A stretch of DNA of 64,000 nucleotides from contig CAWCKY010000006.1 of assembly GCA_963796275.1 (NCBI GenBank), positions 1,824,001 to 1,888,000 of the forward strand, in the 5' to 3' direction. Shown here in pieces: positions 1 through 8,820 of this stretch (positions within the stretch are counted from its first letter, which is position 1; the number at the start of each line of letters is the position of its first letter). Under the pieces are notes generated by a model. It saw nothing but the letters and a program-made list of their open reading frames with translations. It made no database searches and had not been told where the DNA came from. Source of the stretch: an uncultured Acidobacteriota bacterium. Lineage in GTDB: Bacteria; Acidobacteriota; Blastocatellia; RBC074. The position numbers were made by a program, and so were the translations under genes.

Positions 1-428
1 TCACTGAACATGAACTCCATGAGCACGGTAAATACATGCCAGGTGAAATTGGAAATAGGCTGATTCGGAGGTGCAACGAGGATGTGCATCCCGTAATCTC
101 CCGGTTGAACATCGTAGAATTTACCGACTTGATCCTCCATCGCCCGGTAACATTCGAGGAGAAATACAGGCTTGCCATCGTAAATGCCCAGAAAAACCCG
201 CGAATGTTCAAGTATCTTTATATAGGCTGCTTCCACCTCTTCTATTGAGCTACCCTGCATTCCCCAGTATTTTGCATACTCCCTGGTCACCCAACCATGT
301 ATAAGCGGAATGTCATCCGGCATATGTAAATGGCGTAGGTGGAAATCTCCCAAGCCCGGGACATGTTTATTAAATATAAACTCGCTCAAACTCTCCGTGC
401 GCTCCGTGATTGTTTGCTTGTTTTCCAT
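1..428 (-). CDS. desC: Siderophore N-acyltransferase (AlcB/DesC/IucB-type GNAT), N-terminal part; may be fused to an IucA/IucC synthetase beyond the window edge
   Basis: Not in the ORF track because it is truncated. Manual translation from ATG at 428 gives MENKQTITERTESLSEFIFNKHVPGLGDFHLRHLHMPDDIPLIHGWVTREYAKYWGMQG...YDVQPGDYGMHILVAPP...FTWHVFTVLMEFMFS, open to the edge. W-V-x4-A-x-YW-G-M and GD-x-G-MH-x-L-x-AP are AlcB-type motifs. It follows desA/desB. Confidence 0.85.
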   Translation of the reverse strand, partial: MENKQTITERTESLSEFIFNKHVPGLGDFHLRHLHMPDDIPLIHGWVTREYAKYWGMQGSSIEEVEAAYIKILEHSRVFLGIYDGKPVFLLECYRAMEDQVGKFYDVQPGDYGMHILVAPPNQPISNFTWHVFTVLMEFMFS

Positions 429-1759
429 TCTTGTATGTTTTGATTGGGCTCAATACAATTGGCCTCCTCATCAAGAGCGGCAAACCGCTGGAAAGCAATC
501 TTTCCTTCGATCGGGTAATACTCTTTGCCGGTTATTTCTTTGATGATGTAAGAATTACGGTAACAGGCCATGCCTAAATCGGGTGTTACGAACCCATGAG
601 TGTGGAGCTCCGCATTCTGGACGTAGATTTCGGAGCCATTCTTGTCGATACTATAGTTCCGGTTGACATCAAATCGCCCTTTCTCGTCCCATTTAATACG
701 TGAGGAAATCCTGTCTATAAAAGCCGGAATCTGATAGGTATACCCTGTAGCTAATACCAGGCCTTCCGTGGAATGTTGGTAGTATTTACCCTCTTCTCGT
801 TGATGAAATTCCAATTTAAAAATGTTATCAGCTACATTGAAGTCCACATTCATCAGCTCGGAGCTGGTACGCAGAGTTATTTTGATGTCGTTAGTAAGGC
901 TTTTCGTGTAAAGCAGATCATATATGTCATTGATCAAATCAAAGTTGATCCCCTTATACAGCTGCTTATGCTCTTTCACCATTTGATCTCTTCTTTGAGA
1001 GGGCAGGGCATAGAAATAATCCACATACTCCGGCGAGGTCATCTCCAACGTCAGCTTGCTGTATTCCAAGGGGAAGAACCTGGGCGAGCGGGTGATCCAG
1101 TTAAGTTCGTAGCCGTACTTATCGATCTCTTGCAGGAGGTCGTAGTAGATCTCGGCTGCGCTTTGCCCGCTACCGAGCACCGTAATAGACTTTTTCCCTT
1201 GAAGTCTCTGCTTGTGATCAAGGTAAGAAGCCGAGTGGACAGGATCGCCGAGCAGGTCTTTGCAACAAGCCGGCACATAGGGAACGGTACCGGTTCCCAG
1301 CACAAGCTTCCTCCCTCTGTAGATGTTAGTCTTACCGCTCACAGCACATTTTGCGATAATGACATAACATTTCTGTTCTTCAGAGTATTCTATATGCTCG
1401 ACTTGCGTATTAAATCGAATGTTGGATAGCCTGGTTGCCGCCCACTGGCAGTACCTGTTGAATTCGTTTCGCAGTAAAAAAAAGTTCTGCCTGATGTAGA
1501 ACGAGTATATCCGCCCCTGTTCCTTGGTATAGTTTAAAAAACTGAACGGACTCGTCGGGTCAGCCAATGTCACCAGGTCCGCCATGAACGGTACCTGTAA
1601 CGTGCTATCCTGCAAAAGCATTCCGGGATGCCAATTGAAACTTTCTCTTTTATCCAGAAATAAGCCATTCAATTCATCGATAGGCTCGGAAAGGCATGCC
1701 AGGCCCAGGTTGAATGGCCCGACGCCTATGCCGACAAAGTCATATATTTCATCATTCAT
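386..1759 (-). CDS. desB: Flavin-dependent lysine/cadaverine N-hydroxylase (DesB/DfoA/AlcA/IucD family)
   Basis: GIGVGPFNLGLA FAD motif, FNWHPGMLL, VLGSGQSAAE NADPH motif, LATGY; lies between the decarboxylase and the acyltransferase. Confidence 0.93.
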   Translation of the reverse strand: MNDEIYDFVGIGVGPFNLGLACLSEPIDELNGLFLDKRESFNWHPGMLLQDSTLQVPFMADLVTLADPTSPFSFLNYTKEQGRIYSFYIRQNFFLLRNEFNRYCQWAATRLSNIRFNTQVEHIEYSEEQKCYVIIAKCAVSGKTNIYRGRKLVLGTGTVPYVPACCKDLLGDPVHSASYLDHKQRLQGKKSITVLGSGQSAAEIYYDLLQEIDKYGYELNWITRSPRFFPLEYSKLTLEMTSPEYVDYFYALPSQRRDQMVKEHKQLYKGINFDLINDIYDLLYTKSLTNDIKITLRTSSELMNVDFNVADNIFKLEFHQREEGKYYQHSTEGLVLATGYTYQIPAFIDRISSRIKWDEKGRFDVNRNYSIDKNGSEIYVQNAELHTHGFVTPDLGMACYRNSYIIKEITGKEYYPIEGKIAFQRFAALDEEANCIEPNQNIQEWKTSKQSRSARRV

Positions 1760-3314
1760 TGTTGTTCTCTATGCGGCTTGAAGACTGGTTGAAATATCGC
1801 TGTCCGTATTCTTTGATCAGGTTCAATATTTCTTGGATGTCATGAATCGTGGTCATGGGGTTGAGCAGTGTAAACTTCAAGTATTGTCTTTCGTTTACTT
1901 TGCTGCCTGCCACTACAGCTTCTCCAGATCTGAAAAGCGCTTTTCGGATGTATGCGTTGGCATCGTCGATTCCGTTCTCCGAATAAACTCCGGCAGGGCG
2001 ATAACGGAACACGAGTGTACTCAACTCAGGCTGGTGTAGCGCTTCGAAGGTCCCATCAGAAATGAGCAACGTATATGTCTCTTTCGCCAAATCAACAACC
2101 TTGTCGAAGGCTTTTCCGATGTTGTCGGCACCCATTGTTCTCAAGGTTAACCAGAGCTTTAGGGCATCGAATCTTCTGGTCGTCTGAATGCTCTTGTTGA
2201 CCAGGTTGGGAGTCCCTTCTTTAAGTTGACTTAACGGATTCAGGTAATCTGCATGATGCGTAAAAAATGACAGGTTCTTTTTATTCCTCACGAAGAAAGC
2301 GCCACAACTCACCGGCTGAAAGAATGATTTGTGATAATCCACGGTAACAGAATCTGAATACTGAATTCCGTCCAGCAGTTTTCTGTGTTTTTCGGAGATG
2401 AGCAGGCCGCAACCATATGCCGCATCCGTATGCATCCATAAACCGTAATTACGGCATATTTCTGCTATTTCCATTATGGGATCGATGCTCCCGAAATCGG
2501 TTGTTCCGACGGTAGCAACCACAGCCATAGGCATTAAGCCTTGAGCGAAGCAACTTCTGATCTCCTTTTCCAACTCGGAAACGTTCATTTTAAAATGGTC
2601 GTCGCAGGGCACAGGGATGACAGCCACATACCCCAGACCAAGTATTGCTGCCGCCTTCTGGATGCTGAAATGGCACGCCTGCGAGGCGAAAATCCTCAAT
2701 TTGTTATAGCCATTTGGTAATCCCTGAACCTGGATGCTGTGTCCCAATCTGCTTGAGCAGTACGCATCACGAGCCAGAAGCGTCGCCATCAGATTGGATT
2801 GCGTCCCTCCACTGGTAAAAATCCCGTCCGCCTTGGGGCCCAGGCCGATCTTCTCCGCCGTCCAATCGATGAGCTTCTGCTCTATCAATGTACCGCCGGC
2901 GCTCTGGTCCCACGTGTCCAATGAAGAGTTGATCGACGTTAGTATCAATTCGGCCAGGATAGCCGGCACGACTATCGGGCAGTTGAGATGGGCTACATAT
3001 TTGGGATGATGGAAGTAGATGGCATGATTCAGGTAAAGCTCCTCAATCTCTTCCAGAGCTTTCGAAAGACGATCAAATGACTGATCTAAATCTACCCCTT
3101 CGAATTTTATCGCCAACTCATGAGGCAGCACACCGCTAAATGGCTTATTCGCTCCCGATACCTTTTTTTGTACCAGGTCGATGCCTTTCAGAATTGTCTC
3201 TTTATATCTATTTAAACTTTGATGATTGAATAAGAAGGATTTATCGGAAAGTGGATCTATGGTTTTATCGAGCTGATTTTCGAGTTCCATCAAAGCGCCA
3301 GTGTTATTGGACAT
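1752..3314 (-). CDS. desA: PLP-dependent group II decarboxylase (lysine decarboxylase DesA/DfoJ-like)
   Basis: YVAHLNCP, DQSAGGT, FTSGGTQSN, HTDAAYG, DYHK (PLP lysine), SIQTTRRFDALK; overlaps desB by 8 bp. Confidence 0.92.
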   Translation of the reverse strand: MSNNTGALMELENQLDKTIDPLSDKSFLFNHQSLNRYKETILKGIDLVQKKVSGANKPFSGVLPHELAIKFEGVDLDQSFDRLSKALEEIEELYLNHAIYFHHPKYVAHLNCPIVVPAILAELILTSINSSLDTWDQSAGGTLIEQKLIDWTAEKIGLGPKADGIFTSGGTQSNLMATLLARDAYCSSRLGHSIQVQGLPNGYNKLRIFASQACHFSIQKAAAILGLGYVAVIPVPCDDHFKMNVSELEKEIRSCFAQGLMPMAVVATVGTTDFGSIDPIMEIAEICRNYGLWMHTDAAYGCGLLISEKHRKLLDGIQYSDSVTVDYHKSFFQPVSCGAFFVRNKKNLSFFTHHADYLNPLSQLKEGTPNLVNKSIQTTRRFDALKLWLTLRTMGADNIGKAFDKVVDLAKETYTLLISDGTFEALHQPELSTLVFRYRPAGVYSENGIDDANAYIRKALFRSGEAVVAGSKVNERQYLKFTLLNPMTTIHDIQEILNLIKEYGQRYFNQSSSRIENNNE

Positions 3315-3480
3315 ACCCTTCCCATTACGCAGTAGAGAAAAAGCACTGCGCCTGAATGTTTTATTGGTTTTATGGTTATCGCCTGCTTCCCGTGAAGGAA
3401 GCGATGTGATGCGGTTGTGTGGGGGAGTTACTCAATGCAACTTCTTGCTCTCAGTTCCGTTGCTTTTAGCACAAATTGAA

Positions 3481-3510
3481 ATCAATTATGAAATCCATTT
3501 TCATAATGAT
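3481..3510. promoter_or_regulatory. Fur-box-like operator upstream of the siderophore operon
   Basis: Perfect 9-5-9 inverted repeat ATTATGAAA-tccat-TTTCATAAT (3485-3507), about 170 bp upstream of desA. The minus strand reads TGAAAAT-G-GATTTCA, like a 7-1-7 Fur box. Confidence 0.7.
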
Positions 3511-3670
3511 CCGAAATGTACAGAATCAAGTTGGGAATGTCAAGAATATTTTTGCAAGTAATTACAGGAGGTTCGCTAATACCAGGGATTTTGGTTCATC
3601 TGAGCGGTCGAGCATTTCGTATACAAATCAGTCACTTGTGGCGCCGGCCTCCTTTCGCGTGCGTGGGCAT

Positions 3671-4687
3671 TCACTTGTATGCGACGCCGGCGCTGGCCGC
3701 CCCCGCCAAAGGAATCACTTCGGTTTCATGGAAGCCCACCTTCCGACACCAATCGAACAGATCTGCAGACGTAAAATCGAAAGCGTCTCCGAACTCGATC
3801 AGCATATTGAGCGACATCAGCAACCCAAAGGCGTTTTCTCGCCGAGCGTCGTCTATGAGATTCTCGACAACGACGAACGCGCCTCCGGGAGGTAAGGCAT
3901 CGTAGGCCGCCTGAATCAACTGCATCTTTTTGTCCAGGTTCCAGTCGTGGAGAATCAATCCCATGGTGATCACATCAACCCTGGGGAACGGATCGGAGAA
4001 GAAATTCAACGATTGTGCGGAAACGCGATCAGTGAGCCCGGCGGCAGATATCTTGCGTTCAGCGAACGCCGTGACAGCTGGCAAATCAGTGGTGAGGCAG
4101 CGGAGATGAGGATGCCGCCTGGCGACGATCATGGCTAATTGGCCGGAAGCACCTCCCACATCACAGAGCGATCGATAGCGAGAGAAATCAAATTTTTCCG
4201 CTAAGGCTTTGAAATTTGCCGTAGAGATTCCCGTCATGGCATCCATGACTTGCTCAAGGCGCTCGGGTTGACTATAGATTTCCTGGAACACCGGGCCGCC
4301 GATATGTTTGATCTCGTTCTGAGGTTGTCCTGTTCTAAGCCCTTCCGTAAGGTCGCCCCAGAAGCGGTAGAGCCGATCGTTCGCCATCTCGAGGATGCCG
4401 CCCACATATTCCGGATTGTTGCGATCCAGAAAGGCGGCGGTCTCCTGCGTATTACGATAGCGCGCGGACGGCCCGTCGCCATCCCGTTCCAGGAATTTCA
4501 GCGCAACGAGGGTGTCGAAAAAGTCCGGATTCGCGCGTGCGTTAAGTCCAAGTTGCTCCTGCAACTCTCGTCCGGTCATTGATTTGCTTCCCAGCTTCGT
4601 GAAGATGCGCAGCTCGACAGCTGAGAGAAGTGTTTTCGCAGGCCAGAACCCGAGTCCGACCTCGATAATTCGCGAAGGTGACAGCAT
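3671..4687 (-). CDS. SAM-dependent O-methyltransferase (Methyltransf_2 with dimerisation domain)
   Basis: N-terminal winged-helix dimerisation region, DVGGASG SAM motif, ILHDW catalytic motif; AAGGAG RBS. Confidence 0.88.
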   Translation of the reverse strand: MLSPSRIIEVGLGFWPAKTLLSAVELRIFTKLGSKSMTGRELQEQLGLNARANPDFFDTLVALKFLERDGDGPSARYRNTQETAAFLDRNNPEYVGGILEMANDRLYRFWGDLTEGLRTGQPQNEIKHIGGPVFQEIYSQPERLEQVMDAMTGISTANFKALAEKFDFSRYRSLCDVGGASGQLAMIVARRHPHLRCLTTDLPAVTAFAERKISAAGLTDRVSAQSLNFFSDPFPRVDVITMGLILHDWNLDKKMQLIQAAYDALPPGGAFVVVENLIDDARRENAFGLLMSLNMLIEFGDAFDFTSADLFDWCRKVGFHETEVIPLAGAASAGVAYK

Positions 4688-4955
4688 TGTAATTACTCCT
4701 TTGCTATTCTTATGCCTCGCATTGAGAATTCGTGCAGAACAGCACTGGATCCCCCATAGGCTTCGGAACTGTCGTGTCGCCGAAACTCGCGGCCTATGGC
4801 TTGTTTCGGACGATGGCCGTTATCACCTGGAGAAATTTTAACCGATGAAAAGCGTAAAACCAAGAATCACGTTCCGGGAGGGATACGATGCGTGGAAATG
4901 ATCGGGTCGAAATGGTTTGGACGGAAGGAATTCGATATCGAGAGGGATGGAGATA

Positions 4956-5762
4956 CTAAGCTCTCCGAGAAATTGACGACATCAATTTTTCTATGCGGCC
5001 GGCATCTGGTTCGTTGGCCCAATGTCCATCGACCTTAAAATACGATCCGATGATGAATCCGTCAGCCGCTTTATAAAATTCCGCGATGTTATCGGTATCT
5101 ATCCCCGAACCGAGCAGGACCGGCAGCTTGCAATGCGCTTTGATCTCTTGCACGTCCGCGAGCTTGGGGGGATCGCCGGTGACGTTTCCGGTTACGATCA
5201 CGGCGTCACCCCTCATGAACTCTACCGCCTCGGCTGTGGCGCTCAAGCTGATGTCGGCTGTGATCGCGTGTGACGAATGTTTCTTCTTGACGTCGGCCCA
5301 GACCTGTACGCGGTCGGCTCCAATCATCCTGCGATAGCGCAACACCCTGGCAGCCGACGACTCGATCAAACCTTCGTCCGCGACGTGGGCGAAGGCATAT
5401 CCTTCGGCTCGAATGAAATCGAGGCCGGCGGCATGCGCTACGGCAATTGCCTCAATGTTGGCTCCTGCGAGGATTTGAACGCCTGTCGGCAGACGGCTTT
5501 CCTGCCTGACCCGCCGGCCGATGACAGCCATGGCCGCGACGATCTCGGGACCGACTGATCCGCGCAGATAAGGAACGTCGGACATATTCTCTATGATCAA
5601 GCCATCTATCCGGCCGTCGCGATAAAGGGCAGCCTCGCGTTCGGCCTGAGCGATGATTTGATCGATCGATTGGCTATTGGCAGGTGTTCCCGGCAGAGCT
5701 CCGACGTGGATCATGCCGATGATCGGTTTCGGTTTGGAAAATAGTGAAGCGAGCATAAGCAA
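4956..5762 (-). CDS. BtpA/SgcQ family TIM-barrel protein
   Basis: IGMIHVGALPGTP, IENMSDVPY, ADVKKKHS, VTG-x-TG, LGSG, IIGS-x-K-x-DG motifs. Confidence 0.88.
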   Translation of the reverse strand: MLMLASLFSKPKPIIGMIHVGALPGTPANSQSIDQIIAQAEREAALYRDGRIDGLIIENMSDVPYLRGSVGPEIVAAMAVIGRRVRQESRLPTGVQILAGANIEAIAVAHAAGLDFIRAEGYAFAHVADEGLIESSAARVLRYRRMIGADRVQVWADVKKKHSSHAITADISLSATAEAVEFMRGDAVIVTGNVTGDPPKLADVQEIKAHCKLPVLLGSGIDTDNIAEFYKAADGFIIGSYFKVDGHWANEPDAGRIEKLMSSISRRA

Positions 5763-5923
5763 ACGATCGAACTATTGATTTCAGCATTCCTCAACAGCCT
5801 CCATCAACCTCGATGGAGAATAGTAGCACAGCACTGCTGAAGGAAATAAAACGTCATGAAGCTGACATCGCATTCTCCTGGCCTTCGCGCCAAATCGATT
5901 TCAAACACCGAAACGAAGTATCA

Positions 5924-6886
5924 TCAAGGATTCGCGAACTCAACAGACGTTACAGTGGCATCCGGCAAAGCCGATCGTGAGCAAAAATAGTCCAGCATAC
6001 TATATTGAACAAAACAGCTCTTCTCTTCCGACCGGCAGGTCATCGGATTTTCGATCTCTGAATCCTTGCGTGAAAAACATACCGTGTGAATGATTCCGTC
6101 CTCAGTAGATTCGAAGGTAACACGAGAGGAGTTGTGATCAACGGTCTCTTCTCGCACGAAGCGCAAACTGTCGATACTGATATCGCCGGATTCAAGTCGG
6201 ACGAAGAATTCGCCGGCCTGCGCATTCTTGGGGTAACAACCTCTCCCCCGGTAGTTGGCCAGAAATATCCGTCCCTCCTTGTACTCGCCCGCGACGCGCA
6301 CGGCATCGGCTTCCGTTACGCGCCCGTAAAACAACCCGTGGGGAAAACAGACTATATTGGCGGCAAATCTGTCGCCGCCGACGTGAGACGATGCCCAGAC
6401 GTTGTAACCGAATTTCTCCCGCATGAATTCATAGGTGCGAAGCCCATATTTCGCGCAACATTTGTCATGAGCTCCATCAGTGCAAACCAGGTAAAGGGGC
6501 GATCTCTCGCAAGCTCCTGCCGTATCGTTCCGCGCCCGTGCCAAATCGCAAATATCCAGATCGAGCAGTTCTTTGTAATCTTTGAGCTTGAAGTGCTGAA
6601 CGTACGGCGAGGATTCGCGCGCCACGACGATGAAAAAATTGATGGCGCCGGTTTGCGAATAGCTTTGACGAATCAATTGGAATCTTCCGCCATTGATGCG
6701 CTCCAGAGTCGAGCTCAGGCTCTCTTTCACCACATCAGGTATTCGATTATCGACCAGCGCTTTTTGTCCCCATGGTTCGGGGTGTTCGAGCAGTAACCAG
6801 ATGTTGCCTCTGCTTGCCGTCCCGAAAATAGGTTCGCAAGCGTTTCTTGATAAATCGGAACAATAATATACAGCTTTGTTATTCAT
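5924..6886 (-). CDS. Sucrase/ferredoxin-like protein (Suc_Fer-like, Apd1/Aim32-related thioredoxin-like 2Fe-2S protein)
   Basis: GTA...WLLLEHPEPWG, LVCTDGAHDKCCAKYG, SSHVGGDRFAAN, YRGR; ATGA overlap with the upstream JmjC gene (6883-6886). Confidence 0.85.
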   Translation of the reverse strand: MNNKAVYYCSDLSRNACEPIFGTASRGNIWLLLEHPEPWGQKALVDNRIPDVVKESLSSTLERINGGRFQLIRQSYSQTGAINFFIVVARESSPYVQHFKLKDYKELLDLDICDLARARNDTAGACERSPLYLVCTDGAHDKCCAKYGLRTYEFMREKFGYNVWASSHVGGDRFAANIVCFPHGLFYGRVTEADAVRVAGEYKEGRIFLANYRGRGCYPKNAQAGEFFVRLESGDISIDSLRFVREETVDHNSSRVTFESTEDGIIHTVCFSRKDSEIENPMTCRSEEKSCFVQYSMLDYFCSRSALPDATVTSVEFANP

Positions 6887-8121
6887 TGAACATGAAAAGT
6901 GTCGTCTTCGACGATCACCGCCAATCCTTTAACAACGAGTTCTCCTGCGAATTTGCGCACGGCCATGCGGTCGAGCCGCTTAGCCGACGCCTGGCATAGT
7001 TCCTGTATGGAATGGACCTGGCCGTCTTTCAGTATTTGCAGAATGCTTTCCACTGATCGGTCGAATTGCCACCGCCTTCCGTGCGATAGAAATTCCATAT
7101 GTGATTCATTCACCTGAATCTCCACCGGGCGCGGGGATGTTATTCGTATTCCAACCTTATCGCCGGGAGGCAATCCTTCATCCAGCGCGCTCCATGGGAG
7201 ATTGAAATGCGGACGAGGTGCCGCCATGGCATCCGAACGGTTGAAAAATCGTGTGAGCACATCGCGATCGCACAGGCGGAGAAAAGCTGAACGAATCTGG
7301 TCGGCATATGCCGCCTGTTCATCAGCGGTCGCATATCGCGGCAAATCCATTCGCACGAACGACTCCGCGCAGAGTTGTTCCGTCAGCCATTTAAGCAGAT
7401 CGGCGCCCGTGAGATTTGAAATCCCGATCGTGAGGTGCATGGTCGGTTCCGCCAGGGGAATTGCGACATGCCACCAGCCTCGCGGTATGTAGAGCATATC
7501 TCCGTCTTCAAGTATCCCTTCCCAGAGAGGATCATCGGCCGGAGGCTGACTCTCCACGAGGTCTTTTGCGAGGGGGTGGTGTCTGGTAGGACGATAAACT
7601 TTCCATTGCTTTCTGCCGGTTAATTGAATGATGAGAACTTCGTGATCGTCCCAGTGCAGGTCGAATCCCTGCGAACTCTTCCACCCGGCATAGAGGTTCA
7701 TCTGAATGGGAACGCGAAACGCCCATTCGAGAGATTCGGCGAGCCGCGTGAGCGGTCTATGCAACTCATCGACTCCATCGAGGACGAGCGTCGCTCCCTG
7801 ATAGAGATGCTCTGTTATAACAGTGGGAAGCAGGTGCGGGACGCGTGAATAGTTCTGCCGGCGGCTTACGGTATATTTTATATAACCTTCTGCAGGGATG
7901 ATCTTCCCATTCATCGCCAGCCGCAATCGCGGCGGTTCCAGCCGGTGCTGCATGAGGATTTCGTTCAGGCGCTGCCAGTTGAGAAGCCCGGTGAACTTTC
8001 CCTTCCATCCAGGAAGATGTTTCACCGACCTGCACCAATCATCCTTTAAAAATTTTTCAACCGCGTAAGGAGACAATATCTCGGGAAGCGTGGAGGGAAG
8101 TTGCGTCTTTTCCATACCCAT
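6883..8121 (-). CDS. JmjC/cupin_4 Fe(II)/2-oxoglutarate oxygenase (ROXA/YcfD/NO66-like) with C-terminal winged helix
   Basis: GATLVL, NLY, GFDLHWDDHEV (HxD), GRKQW, GDMLYIPRGWWH (distal His); C-terminal beta-beta/3-helix wHTH-like tail. Confidence 0.88.
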   Translation of the reverse strand: MGMEKTQLPSTLPEILSPYAVEKFLKDDWCRSVKHLPGWKGKFTGLLNWQRLNEILMQHRLEPPRLRLAMNGKIIPAEGYIKYTVSRRQNYSRVPHLLPTVITEHLYQGATLVLDGVDELHRPLTRLAESLEWAFRVPIQMNLYAGWKSSQGFDLHWDDHEVLIIQLTGRKQWKVYRPTRHHPLAKDLVESQPPADDPLWEGILEDGDMLYIPRGWWHVAIPLAEPTMHLTIGISNLTGADLLKWLTEQLCAESFVRMDLPRYATADEQAAYADQIRSAFLRLCDRDVLTRFFNRSDAMAAPRPHFNLPWSALDEGLPPGDKVGIRITSPRPVEIQVNESHMEFLSHGRRWQFDRSVESILQILKDGQVHSIQELCQASAKRLDRMAVRKFAGELVVKGLAVIVEDDTFHVQ

Positions 8122-8154
8122 CGAGATTTACATGTTCATCGCGAACCGAATCTC

Positions 8155-8222
8155 GTATCTATTCCTTCTCTTCCTATTATTTTATTTCTAGTATTTTTAT
8201 TATTTCTATTATTCCTATTCTA
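8155..8222. repeat. Degenerate ~9-bp AT-rich tandem repeat
   Basis: Minus strand reads AATAGGAAT AATAGAAAT AATAAAAAT ACTAGAAAT AAAATAATAGGAAG. Confidence 0.6.
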
Positions 8223-8348
8223 AAGATAGCGACTACCGCCGAACTTCCGAACCTTCATCGGCGATCGACGATAGTCGTTGGCGAAATGTTATTTCATCTT
8301 CCCCGGTTTCTATTTCGATGCCGACGACTGGGAAAAATATTTACTCAC

Positions 8349-8513
8349 CTATTCCTGGTCGTAATGTTTATCGCTCCCATCGTCATCTGTTTCCTCGGAA
8401 CGCGTTTCCATATACCAGGGACGAATCTCCTCCAAATTTTCCGATTTGATGATAAAGCCCGACTCTCGGACGTTGGTTGTCTCTTTTACTGACTGTTGTT
8501 TCGATTGCTCCAT
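8349..8513 (-). CDS. Unannotated 54-aa acidic peptide, candidate RiPP precursor
   Basis: GGAGGA-acctgta-ATG at 8513, TAG at 8351-8349; MEQSKQQSVKETTNVRESGFIIKSENLEEIRPWYMETRSEETDDDGSDKHYDQE. Shorter than any ORF in the track (all 60 aa or more). An in-frame ATG at 8528 would add MEEPV. Confidence 0.65.
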   Translation of the reverse strand: MEQSKQQSVKETTNVRESGFIIKSENLEEIRPWYMETRSEETDDDGSDKHYDQE

Positions 8514-8820
8514 TACAGGTTCCTCCATGGAATCAGGTATCGCCTCGATACCGAGGCCTACACAAGGTAGGGAATATGGGTAAACATCTTCCCCGAACAG
8601 GTTTATCGAAAGTTAATAGTTGTCGATTATCGATCTTGAAAATCGATTTCAGGATTATGAGTTTTCTTGGAGGCGGAGTCAAGTAGGTCTTCAAAATTTG
8701 CCATTGTTTGAAGACAAATAGGGGTCTTTTCCGCTGTAGGCGTAACTTTGGCGAGTGAGAACTTGAATGTAGAGGCTCCTACTTTTTTGTGAGTCATGGA
8801 GCGCAACAAGCGGGCCAGTG

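Noticed and set aside
4700-4800. Possible riboswitch in the methyltransferase leader (GGGGGATCCA, 8-bp stem)
   Set aside because: The remaining conserved elements of c-di-AMP, SAM or SAH aptamers were not recognisable.
6355-6400. HVGGD instead of HxGGH in the sucrase/ferredoxin
   Set aside because: As I recall, this variant is common in bacterial members, so it is not treated as a novelty by itself.
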